64,000 nt of DNA from Vitiosangium sp. GDMCC 1.1324. GTDB taxonomy: Bacteria; Myxococcota; Myxococcia; Myxococcales; Myxococcaceae. The stretch spans positions 515,493 through 579,492 of the forward strand of contig NZ_PZOX01000005.1 of the NCBI RefSeq assembly GCF_003044305.1. Direction: 5' to 3'. The notes under the pieces are model-generated. The model was not told where the DNA came from and ran no database searches. It saw only the letters and a program-made list of their open reading frames with translations. The position numbers and the translations under genes were made by a program. This document shows, in pieces, positions 40,599 through 50,417 of the stretch (the first letter of the stretch is position 1; every line of letters begins with the position of its first letter).

Positions 40599-41477
40599 CT
40601 AGAACCGGCGGAGCGCGGACCAGGGGAAGGGCTTCCAGAAGGGCGTCGCCACCTCGTTGCCCTCCAGGGAGAACCACGGGCCGTCCTCGCCCGGGGAGAG
40701 CACGTGGAAGTCCTGCGCCGGGATGAACCCCTGGCCGAGCAGCGCCACCCGCTTGCCCTCCGCGTTGCGCGCCACGTCGAGCACCAGCACCGCATGCCCC
40801 GGGCTTCCTCCCAACACGAAGAAGTCCCCGGGGCGCACGTCCTCGCGCTTGGGGCGCTGCGCCTCAGCGGCCAGGGACAGCGTGCCCGCGTAGGTGAAGA
40901 CCAGGTCCAGGTATCCACGGAACGCGACGCGCGAGCCATCCACCGGCCCGCTCTTCACCCACGTCACCTTGGAGCCGGATACCCGGGCACGCTCTCCGGC
41001 CGCGTAGCGGGTCCACGAGGCCAGGTGCCCACTGGTGAAGTGGTACGCAATGCGATCCTTCTGGCTTCGCGACCACAGCCACTCGGCATGCAGACGGATG
41101 ATGGAATCCGCGCACTGCTGGATGTTCGCCGAGCCCACATCGAGCTCGGCCACCGCCGCGAGCGCGTCAGCATCCCCCGCCAGCACCTGCCCTCCCTGGA
41201 AGTCCCGCACCGGGGTGCCAGCCGGACGCAGGGGCAGGCCCCGCAGCCACGCCCCGAAGGAACCGTCCTCGACCGCCACCCGCGTGTAGCCGGACGGAGG
41301 AGGAATCGCCTCGGCGAGCGGGCGGATGGAGCGCTCCGCGGAGAGCCACGGGTAACGGGCCCGCTCCTCTTTCGTGGGCGCGCGGGGTTCAGCGGAGGCC
41401 TTCGCCACTCCTCCTGGAAGTCCCATGAGGGCGGCGAGCGACACGAGCAGAAACAGGGAAGGAGTCCTCTGACGCAT
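40599..41477 (-). CDS. Secreted hypothetical protein (DUF4846-like)
   Basis: A signal peptide after MRQRTPSLFLLVSLAALMG. The upstream extension of the listed ORF is probably not translated. Confidence 0.55.
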   Translation of the reverse strand: MRQRTPSLFLLVSLAALMGLPGGVAKASAEPRAPTKEERARYPWLSAERSIRPLAEAIPPPSGYTRVAVEDGSFGAWLRGLPLRPAGTPVRDFQGGQVLAGDADALAAVAELDVGSANIQQCADSIIRLHAEWLWSRSQKDRIAYHFTSGHLASWTRYAAGERARVSGSKVTWVKSGPVDGSRVAFRGYLDLVFTYAGTLSLAAEAQRPKREDVRPGDFFVLGGSPGHAVLVLDVARNAEGKRVALLGQGFIPAQDFHVLSPGEDGPWFSLEGNEVATPFWKPFPWSALRRF

Positions 41478-41619
41478 TCCCGCATCCAAGCAGAGATGGC
41501 GCGCGAACGCTCCCTCGAGTCCTTCCTCACCAGGAGAGAGCCCACCAGGCGCATGGGCTCGCTCGCGAGGTGTCCCGTGCCGCACCTTTCAGGCACGTCA
41601 TCGCCACAAGGAGGCCGTC

Positions 41620-41961
41620 ATGAGGGCCCGCTGGTTGAACCTTCTGTTGTCCGCCTGGCTCGTCGTCGCACCGTTGATCCTCGGCTTCGACTCGCCAGCG
41701 GCACGGGCCAACACCGTCACCGTGGGCCTCTGCCTCTTCCTCTTCGTGCTGGTGGCCGACTCCATTCCGGCCTTCCGCTTCGTCGACACCGCACTCGGCT
41801 TGTGGCTCGTGGTCTCGCCATTCCTGCTCGGCTACAGCCGTGAGGGGGGATCCACCGTGAACAGCATCATCGTGGGACTCGTCGTGGCGGCCCTGTCGCT
41901 CCTGCCCGCCAGGAGAGCCGGGCAGCTCTCCCTGCGCTCCTGGCGCGCAACCCACGTATAG
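41620..41961 (+). CDS. Small membrane protein (SPW-repeat-like)
   Basis: Four TM helices with repeated VSPFLLGY / APLILGF motifs. Confidence 0.55.
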   Translation: MRARWLNLLLSAWLVVAPLILGFDSPAARANTVTVGLCLFLFVLVADSIPAFRFVDTALGLWLVVSPFLLGYSREGGSTVNSIIVGLVVAALSLLPARRAGQLSLRSWRATHV

Positions 41962-42057
41962 CGATTCGAACCTGACAACCTCCCAGGGGACGGGCCGCTC
42001 CGCCGTCCTCCTGGCGACCGGCCACACAGAGTGGGGGTCAGACCCTCGCGCCGCGGC

Positions 42058-43137
42058 TCACCGCAGGGCGTCGAGCCAGGAGCGCAGCCGCGCGTCAGGC
42101 TGGGCCTCCCCACGCACGCCTGGCTCCACTTCGAGCTCCAGCGTGTGGAAGCCCCGCGCACGGATGCCCTCCAGCAGCGCGGCCCGCTTCTCCGCGTCCG
42201 GGGCGAACAGGATGCACCCGTCTCCGCCTCCGGCGCCGGACTGCTTGCCCACGCACCCGTACGCCGACGCCATGCCGAGCACCCGCCGCATCGGCTCGGT
42301 CTCCAGCGGGCCCAGCTCCTGGAGCAGCGCGTGCTGCTCGCGCACGGCCTCGGAGAAGGCGCGGAAGTCCCCTCCGCCGAGGCCCACTTCGATCTCATGT
42401 CCCAGCGCGTCCGAGCGCTCCACGAAGGCCCGGCGCCCCGCCTCGCCCATCTTCGCCTCCACCTGCGAGATGAGCACCCGCGTCGAGGCGCTCTCCCCGG
42501 TGAAGGCATACCCCAGGGACACCCGGGGCACGGGCAGCCGCCACACGTCCACCGTGGGGGCCACATCCAGCGCCGCGCGGTAGCCGCCAGCGCTCGAGGC
42601 CTCGATGAGCCCCGCCACCTCATAGCGCCGGTAGCGCACCACACCGCCCGCGAAGCTCGCGGCCACGTCGCCGCCACTGCCCTTCCCACCCTGAGCCGCC
42701 GCGTGGGAGACGAGCGCCACCTTCAGCGCGTCGAACTTCTCCTCCAGCACGAAGCGCACCGCGTCCGCCGCGAGCACCGTGGCGCACGCGCTGCCGCCCA
42801 TGCCCAGCTTGCGCCCGTTGGGCCCCACCGCCGACGGAGACACCGCCAGGTCGAAGCCCACGGACTCGCGCCCGTGCAGGCGCAGCGCCTCGTCCAACGT
42901 GCGCGCCACGAAGGAGAAACCCGGAGGCACCTCGCGCTCCCACTTCACGCCCCGAGGCGTCGTGCGCCCCGACAGCGTCCCCTCCTCCACGCACACGTGC
43001 ACCTGGCTGTCCGAGCGCCGCCGCACCAGCGCCGACGTCCGCGGGCCCACCGCCGCCACGCGCGACACGCCGCCCCACAGCACCGCGTACTCGCCTGAGA
43101 CGAACAGCTTCCCCGGGGCCGAGAGCGCGCGTTCCAT
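42058..43137 (-). CDS. Phosphomevalonate kinase (GHMP kinase family)
   Basis: GHMP motif GMGGSACATV, and it is the last gene of the mevalonate operon. Confidence 0.75.
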   Translation of the reverse strand: MERALSAPGKLFVSGEYAVLWGGVSRVAAVGPRTSALVRRRSDSQVHVCVEEGTLSGRTTPRGVKWEREVPPGFSFVARTLDEALRLHGRESVGFDLAVSPSAVGPNGRKLGMGGSACATVLAADAVRFVLEEKFDALKVALVSHAAAQGGKGSGGDVAASFAGGVVRYRRYEVAGLIEASSAGGYRAALDVAPTVDVWRLPVPRVSLGYAFTGESASTRVLISQVEAKMGEAGRRAFVERSDALGHEIEVGLGGGDFRAFSEAVREQHALLQELGPLETEPMRRVLGMASAYGCVGKQSGAGGGDGCILFAPDAEKRAALLEGIRARGFHTLELEVEPGVRGEAQPDARLRSWLDALR

Positions 43138-44129
43138 CAGAAGAGGTGCTCCGCCAGCAGCGCCGCGTCACCGCCCGGCACGCACCGCACCACCTCGGTG
43201 GCCCCGCACGCCCTCGCCACCGCCTCCGCCGCCACCTCGTTCGCCGCGTCCGTCAGGATGCAGGGGTTGGGCCCCGCGTCCAGCGTGAACCACACCGGCA
43301 CGCCCTTCTTCCGCTGCTCGCGCAGCGAGTGGATCAGCTCCAGCGTCTTCGGCATCAGGTAGCAGAGCGGAGGATCCGCCGCGAGCGACGTGGCATGCAT
43401 CCGCCACGCGTTGCGCTCGCACAGGTCCCCGAGCGCCTGCAGGTCCTTCCGGGCGATCAGCTCACGGGCGCGGACGACCTCGGCCTCGGCATCCTTCACC
43501 CACGCCGGGTAGTACGGGCTGGTCTCCACCGCGTTCTTCATGCCGTCGCGCGACTTCACTTCCTTCTCGTCACGGCTGACGATGGCCACCACCATGCGCA
43601 GCTCCGGCCAGTGCTTCTCGTCGAAGCGCTGCACCGCGTAGCTGTCCGTGCCATCCGGGCGCTCGCCCCGCATCCACTCGCAGAAGCCACCCTGGACGCT
43701 GCGGCACGCCGAGCCGCTGCCCAACCGGGACAGGATGCTCGCCGCCTTCGGATCCGCCGGCAGCCCCGCCGCGGCGCGAGCCGCCACCGCCAGGGCCGCG
43801 AAGCCCGCCGCACTGCTCGCCAGGCCCGCGGAGGCTGGGAAGTCCCCGCGCGACACCATCCTCGCCGGGCCGAGCTTCGCGTCCTTCGCCTCGGCGCGCA
43901 CCGCGTCCAGCACGCGCAGCACACGGTCGCGCTCGCTGCCCTTGGCCACGTAGCCGTTGAGCTCCACCTCGTCGGCCGAGCCCACGCCGAAGGCCACCGT
44001 CGTCCGCACCGACAGCGGCGACAGCGTCATCGACAGGCTGGACTGGTGCGGGAGGATGAGCGCGTCGTCGCGCTTGCCCCAGTACTTCACCAGCGCGAGG
44101 TTCGGATGAGCCCGGGCGGTCGCCTTCAT
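43137..44129 (-). CDS. mvaD: Diphosphomevalonate decarboxylase
   Basis: MKATARAHPNLALVKYWGKRD ... SAGLASSAAGFAAL. The true start is internal to the listed 598-aa ORF and overlaps the mvk stop (ATGA). Confidence 0.85.
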   Translation of the reverse strand: MKATARAHPNLALVKYWGKRDDALILPHQSSLSMTLSPLSVRTTVAFGVGSADEVELNGYVAKGSERDRVLRVLDAVRAEAKDAKLGPARMVSRGDFPASAGLASSAAGFAALAVAARAAAGLPADPKAASILSRLGSGSACRSVQGGFCEWMRGERPDGTDSYAVQRFDEKHWPELRMVVAIVSRDEKEVKSRDGMKNAVETSPYYPAWVKDAEAEVVRARELIARKDLQALGDLCERNAWRMHATSLAADPPLCYLMPKTLELIHSLREQRKKGVPVWFTLDAGPNPCILTDAANEVAAEAVARACGATEVVRCVPGGDAALLAEHLF

Positions 44130-45079
44130 GCCGCCCCCCGGGCGCCATCTGTGCGCGGTCCCGCGAGCTGGCTGTCGAAGCACCGGATGCCGAGCCGCGT
44201 GAGCTCGTGCACCACCGGCCCCGTGTCCTGGAAGAGGCCGATGACGGCGCCACCATCCCCTCCGGCCCCGGTCAGCTTGGCGCCCAGCGCGCCCATGTTG
44301 CGCAGCCGGTGCACCATGTCGTCCAGGCCCGGCGAGGACAGGCCCAGCGCCGCGAGCAGGCCGTGGTTGACGTTCATCACGTCCCCGAGCGCCTCCACGT
44401 CCCCCTCCTCCACGGCCTCGGCGCCCTCGGAGGCCAGCAGGCCGATCTCCCGGAAGATGCGCTGGTAGCGCTCCGACCAGCGCTTCTGCCGCTCGCGCAG
44501 CGCACCCACCGTCTGCTTCGTCGGGCTGCGCGCGCCCGCCATCACCACCACCAGCTTCACCGGCTTGGGGCTCTCCACCACCTTCGCCTTCCCCTGATCC
44601 GTGCCCGGCTTGCGGCGGTAGAGGATGAGCTGCTCCATGGCGCTCGTGGTGTGATCCACCCCCGACGGCGTCCCGTGGAACTCCTGCTCCATCTCCCACG
44701 CTACGGCCGCCACCTCGGTGGCCGTCGCCTTGCGTCCCGCCGCCTGCAGCAGCACCCGCGCGCACGCCACCGACAGCGCTCCGGAGCTGCCCAGGCCCAT
44801 GGACAGCGGGAGCTCCGTGTCGAACGACACCTTCACTCCGGGCTCGCCGCACGCCGCCATCGCCCGCCCGAAGGCCGCCTTCAGTACCTTGCGCTGCTCG
44901 CCCGTCAGCGCTTCCGGAATGACGAGCTGGCACCGGGCCGCCGGCTCACCGCGCGCCGTCACTCCGCGCGACAGCGGACCGGCCAGCGCCGGGTAGCCAT
45001 ACACCACGCTGTGCTCGCCCAGCAGGATGACCTTGCCAGCGCCGAAGCCGGTCAGGGGAGCAGTGTTGTTCGTTTCCAT
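44126..45079 (-). CDS. mvk: Mevalonate kinase
   Basis: GKVILLGEHSVVYG ... MGLGSSGALSVA, the GHMP motif. Confidence 0.85.
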   Translation of the reverse strand: METNNTAPLTGFGAGKVILLGEHSVVYGYPALAGPLSRGVTARGEPAARCQLVIPEALTGEQRKVLKAAFGRAMAACGEPGVKVSFDTELPLSMGLGSSGALSVACARVLLQAAGRKATATEVAAVAWEMEQEFHGTPSGVDHTTSAMEQLILYRRKPGTDQGKAKVVESPKPVKLVVVMAGARSPTKQTVGALRERQKRWSERYQRIFREIGLLASEGAEAVEEGDVEALGDVMNVNHGLLAALGLSSPGLDDMVHRLRNMGALGAKLTGAGGDGGAVIGLFQDTGPVVHELTRLGIRCFDSQLAGPRTDGARGAA

Positions 45080-45128
45080 GAATGTCCTTGGCCCTCACCC
45101 TGGCCCTCTCCCGAAGGAGAGGGGGGTT

Positions 45129-46457
45129 TCAGCTCTCGGTGCCGGTGGCCGCGCGGAAGTCCTCGGCCGACAGCGAGGCAATGATTTCCCGCGCCTTCTC
45201 CACCTTCACGTGACCCGCCGTCACCAGCAGCTCGGCGATCTTCTCCACCCAGTCGCCCCGCGCTCCCGCCGTCACCGCCACGCACCGCGCATGCAGCGCC
45301 ATGTGGCCCTTCTGGATGCCGATGGAGCCCAGTGCCCGCACCGCCGCGAAGTTCTGCGCCAGCCCCACCGCGGCGAACACCATCGACAGCTCGCGCGCGG
45401 ACTCCACGCGAAGAATCTTCATGGCCACCTGCACGCCCGGGTGCACCTTGATGGGGCCTCCCACCATGCCCAGCGCCATGGGCAGCTCGATGCGGCCCAC
45501 CAGGTGCCCATCATCCACGTGCCACGTCGACAGCGGCCGGTACTGCCCATCCCGGCAGGCGAAGGCGTGCGCACCCGCCTCGATGGCCCGCCAGTCCTGG
45601 CCCGCGGCGATGGCCGCCGAGTCGATGCCGTTCATGATGCCTTTATTGTGCGTGGCCGCCCGGTATGGATCGGCCAGCGCGAAACGGCTCGCCTGGTAGA
45701 TGCCCTCGGCGATGAGATCGCCCGGCAGGTCGAAGTCCGCCAGCGCCCCCACCGGGATGCGGCACGTGGCGCGCGCCAGCCGCCGATCCGCCAGGTTGGA
45801 GAGAATGCGCAGGAACACCTTGCCGCCGGTGAGCTGCTCCAGCAGCGGGGCCACGCCCTCGGCCATGGTGTTGATGAGGTTGGCCCCCATGGCGTCCTGC
45901 GTGTCGATGATCAAGTGGACGACGAGCAGCGGCTCGCCCCGAGGGCCTTCCGGGGCCGGGAGCACGCGCACCTCGATGTCCCTGCACCCACCGCCGCGCT
46001 TCACCATCGACGGGTGGAAGCTGTTGGCCAGCGCGAGCAGGGCCTCCTTGGCCGCGAGGATCTTCTTCGTCGCCTCGGTGGGATCCCCGTAGCGGGTGAG
46101 CTGCACCTGGCCAATCATGATGGGGCCATCCGCCTCGGCGGTGAAACCACCCGCCTCGCGGACGATCTTCGAGGCGAAGGACACCGCGGCCACCACCGAC
46201 GGCTCCTCCACCGCCATGGGCACCAGGTAGTCCCGCTCGTTGATCCGCAGGTTGAGCCCGAGCCCCAGCGGCAGCGAGAACGTGCCCACGGCGTTCTCGA
46301 TCATCTGGTTCGCCAGGCCCGGCTGGAGCGCACTGATGCCCTGGAGCTGCGCCAGGTCCATCTCATCCAGCCCCAGCATCTGAGCGAGCTTCTCGTGGCG
46401 CTCGACCATCGACAGCTTGTGGAAGCCAGACAACCGGGACGTCAGCGTTTCAGACAT
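45129..46457 (-). CDS. mvaA: Hydroxymethylglutaryl-CoA reductase (class II)
   Basis: Class II HMGR motifs ENAVGTFSLPLG and DAMGANLIN. Confidence 0.9.
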   Translation of the reverse strand: MSETLTSRLSGFHKLSMVERHEKLAQMLGLDEMDLAQLQGISALQPGLANQMIENAVGTFSLPLGLGLNLRINERDYLVPMAVEEPSVVAAVSFASKIVREAGGFTAEADGPIMIGQVQLTRYGDPTEATKKILAAKEALLALANSFHPSMVKRGGGCRDIEVRVLPAPEGPRGEPLLVVHLIIDTQDAMGANLINTMAEGVAPLLEQLTGGKVFLRILSNLADRRLARATCRIPVGALADFDLPGDLIAEGIYQASRFALADPYRAATHNKGIMNGIDSAAIAAGQDWRAIEAGAHAFACRDGQYRPLSTWHVDDGHLVGRIELPMALGMVGGPIKVHPGVQVAMKILRVESARELSMVFAAVGLAQNFAAVRALGSIGIQKGHMALHARCVAVTAGARGDWVEKIAELLVTAGHVKVEKAREIIASLSAEDFRAATGTES

Positions 46458-46505
46458 TCGTATCTCCGCTACGGAAGGGCGAATTCGGGGTCGCGGGAAT
46501 AATCC

Positions 46506-47594
46506 CTACAGCGCCGAGAGCCAGTCCTTCAACTGGCCCATGATGACGCGGGGTTTCTGCCTCAGTTCCCCACAGTTCCGGCTGCCTGTCAGCACGAGAG
46601 CCTGGCGAAGGCCGGAGAGGATGATGGCGAGCGCCTGCTCGGCCCCTTCCAGCCCGCCTGCCTGCTGGGCCCGGAAGAGAGGCAGCGCCATCCCGGCCAG
46701 ATCCGCTCCCAGTGCGAGCACCTTCGCCGCATCCAGTCCAGTGCGCAGCCCACCCGAGGCCACCAGACGCGGCTCCGGACCCACGGCCCTGCGCACGGAG
46801 GCGATGGCCGCCGCGGTGGGGATGCCCCAGCTCGAGAACTCGGCGCCCACCTGGGCCTGCACGCCCGTGGCGCGCAGCTGCTCCACCCGCACCCACGAAG
46901 TGCCGCCCAACCCCGACACGTCCACGTTGCGCACGCCCAGGTCCACCAGCCGGCGCGCCACCTCGGGGCCGATGCCGCACCCCGTCTCCTTCACCAGCAG
47001 GCGCGAGCCGAAGGCGCGCACCAGCCCCTCCACCACGTTGTACCCACCGCGGAAGTCCCGATCGCCCTCGGGCTGGGTCAGCTCCTGGCCCGCGTTGAGG
47101 TGCAGCGCCATGCCGTCCGCGCCAATGGCATCCGCCAGCCGCCGCACCCCGTCCACGCCCAGCTCTATCGCCTGGTACAGGCCGATGTTGCCCAGCAGCG
47201 GCACCGTGGGCGCCACGTGACGCACGGCATAGGACTCCGCTGCCTTCGGGTTCTCCGCCATGGCTCGCTGGCTGCCTACCCCGAAGGCCAGCCCGTGCCG
47301 CTCGGCCAGCAGCGCCAGGTCCCGGTTCACCACCCCGGCCCGCTCCGTGCCGCCCGTCATGCCGGTGATGAGCAGCGGGTAGCGAATCTTCTTGCCTAGG
47401 AACTCCGTGGAGAGGTCCACCTCTTCCACGGCCAGCTCCGGCATCGCGCAGTGCACCAGCCGCACGTACTCCAGCAGCGTGCTGTTCTCCGCCGGCTCGA
47501 CGTCTCCGGTCGCGCACAGGTCGAGGTGGGCGTCCTTGCGCTTCGCGGTCGCCTCCTCACCCGTCACATCCCGCCTGCCCTGTTTAGGAACCAT
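46506..47594 (-). CDS. fni: Type 2 isopentenyl-diphosphate delta-isomerase (FMN-dependent)
   Basis: TIM-barrel IDI-2 pattern, including motifs such as ITGMTGG and SGGLRTG. Confidence 0.9.
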   Translation of the reverse strand: MVPKQGRRDVTGEEATAKRKDAHLDLCATGDVEPAENSTLLEYVRLVHCAMPELAVEEVDLSTEFLGKKIRYPLLITGMTGGTERAGVVNRDLALLAERHGLAFGVGSQRAMAENPKAAESYAVRHVAPTVPLLGNIGLYQAIELGVDGVRRLADAIGADGMALHLNAGQELTQPEGDRDFRGGYNVVEGLVRAFGSRLLVKETGCGIGPEVARRLVDLGVRNVDVSGLGGTSWVRVEQLRATGVQAQVGAEFSSWGIPTAAAIASVRRAVGPEPRLVASGGLRTGLDAAKVLALGADLAGMALPLFRAQQAGGLEGAEQALAIILSGLRQALVLTGSRNCGELRQKPRVIMGQLKDWLSAL

Positions 47595-47733
47595 GTGCCT
47601 GGAAAATTACAAGAACGACGAGAGTGTCCGATATCCTCGAATCCCTAGCAAGTAGGGCAGGCAGGCGCAAGCCACGCCTGTTCAACGGAGCCCTACACCG
47701 GGTGCGGGTGGACGGTTGGAGAGAGCGGACGGT

Positions 47734-48156
47734 ATGAGGGCGGGCGTGAGCACGCCCGCGTCCAAGGTGGCGGTCTTCCTGCACAGTGGAGACTATGACC
47801 GAGTGCACCAGGGGTTGGCCATCGCCGCGGCCGCGGTGGCGTCGGGCCGGCGCGCGGAGGTGTACCTCTTCTGGTGGGCGCTCGAGCGCTTCCTCCAGGG
47901 TCGCCTGGACGAGCCGGACTTCCACCCTCCGCGAGAAGACGTGGTGGACCGCTTCGAGTCGCGCCGCATCCCCACCCTGCGCCAGTTGCTGGAGCACCTG
48001 CGTGAGTCCGGGCTGTGCACGGTGCAGGGGTGCACGGGCTCGCTGGGCGCGCTGGGGGCCGAGTCCCTGGCCGACAAGGGTCCGCTCGACGGCTGGGTCG
48101 GCTGGAGCGCCATCCTCCAGAGGACCGCGGGCGTGGTGGACCGCTTCTACCTCTAG
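47734..48156 (+). CDS. Hypothetical protein, DsrE/DsrF-like fold suspected
   Basis: KVAVFLHSGDYDRVHQGLAIAAAAVASGRRAEVYLFWWALERF. The family assignment is tentative. Confidence 0.4.
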   Translation: MRAGVSTPASKVAVFLHSGDYDRVHQGLAIAAAAVASGRRAEVYLFWWALERFLQGRLDEPDFHPPREDVVDRFESRRIPTLRQLLEHLRESGLCTVQGCTGSLGALGAESLADKGPLDGWVGWSAILQRTAGVVDRFYL

Positions 48157-48242
48157 CCCCACCCGGCACGTTTGACGCGTCCCGCCGCCTGCTTACGTTG
48201 TTCCCGACCCCGAGAGAGGGAAAGGAAAGGCAAGGCAACGTC

Positions 48243-49202
48243 ATGAGTGCTGGCGCGAGGTATGGATCGTCAATGCCCCAAGAGGGCCTGCGCGGGAGCG
48301 GCTGGGGACACCGGCTGAGCAACGCGCTGAAGACGACGGTGCTGCTGGCGGGACTCACGGCGCTCCTGTTGTGGGTAGGCGAGCGCCTGGGCGGCCCGCA
48401 GGGGCTCGTTGTCGCGGGCTTCTTCGTCGTGGTGATGAACTTCGTGTCGTACTGGTTCAGCGATCGGATCGCCCTGGCCATGCACGGGGCGCAACCCCTG
48501 GAGTACGCCGAGGCACCGTGGCTGCACCAGATGGTGGAGCGGCTGGCCGCGCGTGCGGGCCTCCCCAAGCCGAAGCTGTACCTGCTGCCCACCCGGACGC
48601 CCAATGCGTTCGCCACGGGCCGCAACCCGGAGCACGCCGCCGTGGCGGTGACGGCCGGTATCGTGGACCTGCTGGATCAGCGGGAGCTGGAGGGCGTGCT
48701 CGCGCACGAACTGTCGCACGTGAAGAACCGCGACACCCTCATCGGCACCGTGGCGGCCACGCTGGCGGGCGTCATCAGCTACGCGGCGCAGATGCTCTTC
48801 TGGTTCGGCGGCTCGATGCTCAGCCGCGATGACGACGAGGACGGGCTCGGCCACGCGCTCGGCAACCTGGGCGTGCTGCTGGTGGCGCCCATCGCCGCCA
48901 CCCTGCTGCAGCTCGCGGTGAGCCGCTCGCGCGAGTACGGCGCGGATGCCACCGGCGCGGAGCTGGTGGGAGACCCGGATGCCCTGGCCAGTGCGCTGAT
49001 GAAGCTGGAGCAGGGCGTGCACCTGATGCCCTATGACCGGGCGCCGGCCACCTCGCACCTCTTCATCGTCAACCCGCTGTCGGGCGGTGCCATCATGCAC
49101 CTCTTCTCCACGCACCCGCCCATCGCCGAGCGGGTGCGCCGCCTGCGCGAGATGAGGGGCCGCCTGAGCTCCTCGCGCGGCTGGAGCAACGCCTGGGCTT
49201 GA
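48243..49202 (+). CDS. htpX: M48-family zinc metalloprotease HtpX
   Basis: HELSH (HExxH), four TM segments and a ...EYGAD motif. The upstream part of the listed ORF is antisense-derived. Confidence 0.85.
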   Translation: MSAGARYGSSMPQEGLRGSGWGHRLSNALKTTVLLAGLTALLLWVGERLGGPQGLVVAGFFVVVMNFVSYWFSDRIALAMHGAQPLEYAEAPWLHQMVERLAARAGLPKPKLYLLPTRTPNAFATGRNPEHAAVAVTAGIVDLLDQRELEGVLAHELSHVKNRDTLIGTVAATLAGVISYAAQMLFWFGGSMLSRDDDEDGLGHALGNLGVLLVAPIAATLLQLAVSRSREYGADATGAELVGDPDALASALMKLEQGVHLMPYDRAPATSHLFIVNPLSGGAIMHLFSTHPPIAERVRRLREMRGRLSSSRGWSNAWA

Positions 49203-49248
49203 GGCTCCGGACGTGACGGGGCCCCGCCCATCCGGCCGGGTGGGGCTC

Positions 49249-50136
49249 CTACCCCGCGGCCGAGGCCGGTGGTGGCGGGGTCTCGGCCGGCAGCGCGGGG
49301 GCCACCTCGTCGAGCTTGTCGAAGTGCGCGAAGGGGTTCTCCAGCATCTCGCGCAGCGTGTTGGCCAGGATGCCGGCGTGGAAGCCGTCGATGAAGCGGT
49401 GATCGAACGAGGCGTTCACGTTCATGACCTTCCCCGGCACCACCTTCCCGTCCTCCACCACCGCCGCGTCCTTGATGGCGCCCGGGGCGATGAAGATGGG
49501 CACGCGCGTGTAGGGCACCAGCGGCACGTACGCCGTGTCCAGCCCCAGCGAGCCCACGTTGGTGATGATGGCCGAGCCAAACGCGTCCCGGGGCATGCCC
49601 GCCCACGTCATGTCCCAGTTCAGCGTGTACATGAAGAAGGACATCAACCAGGTGAAGACGTTGAGGAACATGTAGGGGATCTTCTGGATGCTCCCCTTGC
49701 CCTTCTCCATCATCTCGTCCTTGCGCTGGCGGACCCGCTGCACCGCCGCCTCCATCTCGGCGGCGATCTCCCGCAGCGACTTCTGCTCCGCGTCGTCGAG
49801 CTTCGCCGAGGTCAGGTCCACCTTCCCGCCATCCGTCTGCACCACCAGCGTGGAGACGGTCACCCGCTTGCGCAGGTAGATCTTGTTGAAGCGCAGGATG
49901 GCGTTGGCGTCCGGGCAACGGCGCAGCGCCTCGGCCATGGCCTTGACCAGCAGGTGCGTCACCGTGAGGCGGATGCCCGTCTTCTGGCGGAAGGCCTCGA
50001 TGTAGGCCAACGCCTTGTCCATCCGCAGCGTCATCGTCCCGTAGACGGTCGGGTCGTACGCGGTCTTCCAGCTTCCGATGGCGAGCTTGCGGAAGCTGGA
50101 GATGTTGTCCTTGGGAATGAGCTCCAGATGCGCCAT
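49249..50136 (-). CDS. 2-oxo-acid dehydrogenase acyltransferase (E2) catalytic-domain protein, standalone (no lipoyl domain)
   Basis: The C-terminal SFDHRFIDG catalytic motif, with the start taken at MAHLELIP. Confidence 0.7.
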   Translation of the reverse strand: MAHLELIPKDNISSFRKLAIGSWKTAYDPTVYGTMTLRMDKALAYIEAFRQKTGIRLTVTHLLVKAMAEALRRCPDANAILRFNKIYLRKRVTVSTLVVQTDGGKVDLTSAKLDDAEQKSLREIAAEMEAAVQRVRQRKDEMMEKGKGSIQKIPYMFLNVFTWLMSFFMYTLNWDMTWAGMPRDAFGSAIITNVGSLGLDTAYVPLVPYTRVPIFIAPGAIKDAAVVEDGKVVPGKVMNVNASFDHRFIDGFHAGILANTLREMLENPFAHFDKLDEVAPALPAETPPPPASAAG

Positions 50137-50417
50137 GACGCGGGGGTCCCTCCAGAAGGTGCGCGCGAGCCCTCCAGCATTACCTTTTTTCCAGTGCTTG
50201 GAGAAAGCCCCCCTGCCCCACTCACCGCCATCCGGGCCCTTCGAGCACTCCGCCACCCAGACTCCTAACTTGAGCAGCGGATCGCAGCTCTGCAGGGGTG
50301 GACGGGCGAGGTGGGGCCAGGTCCGCTGGACGATGGGCGAGCGACGAGACCTATTGACGTCCCGCCTCCGAACGTTAGGCTGCGCCGCTTTTTGCATCAT
50401 CCCCGGAGGTTTCCCTC

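Noticed and set aside
43137-44933. 598-aa minus-strand ORF
   Set aside because: The upstream two thirds is an out-of-frame overlap of mvk (Gly/Arg-rich). The true mvaD start is at 44129, coupled to the mvk stop.
47716-48015. Alternative long starts for the DsrE-like and htpX genes (47716 and 48015)
   Set aside because: The upstream extensions are Arg-rich and overlap the neighbouring gene. Internal Met starts (47734 and 48243) give protein-like N-termini.
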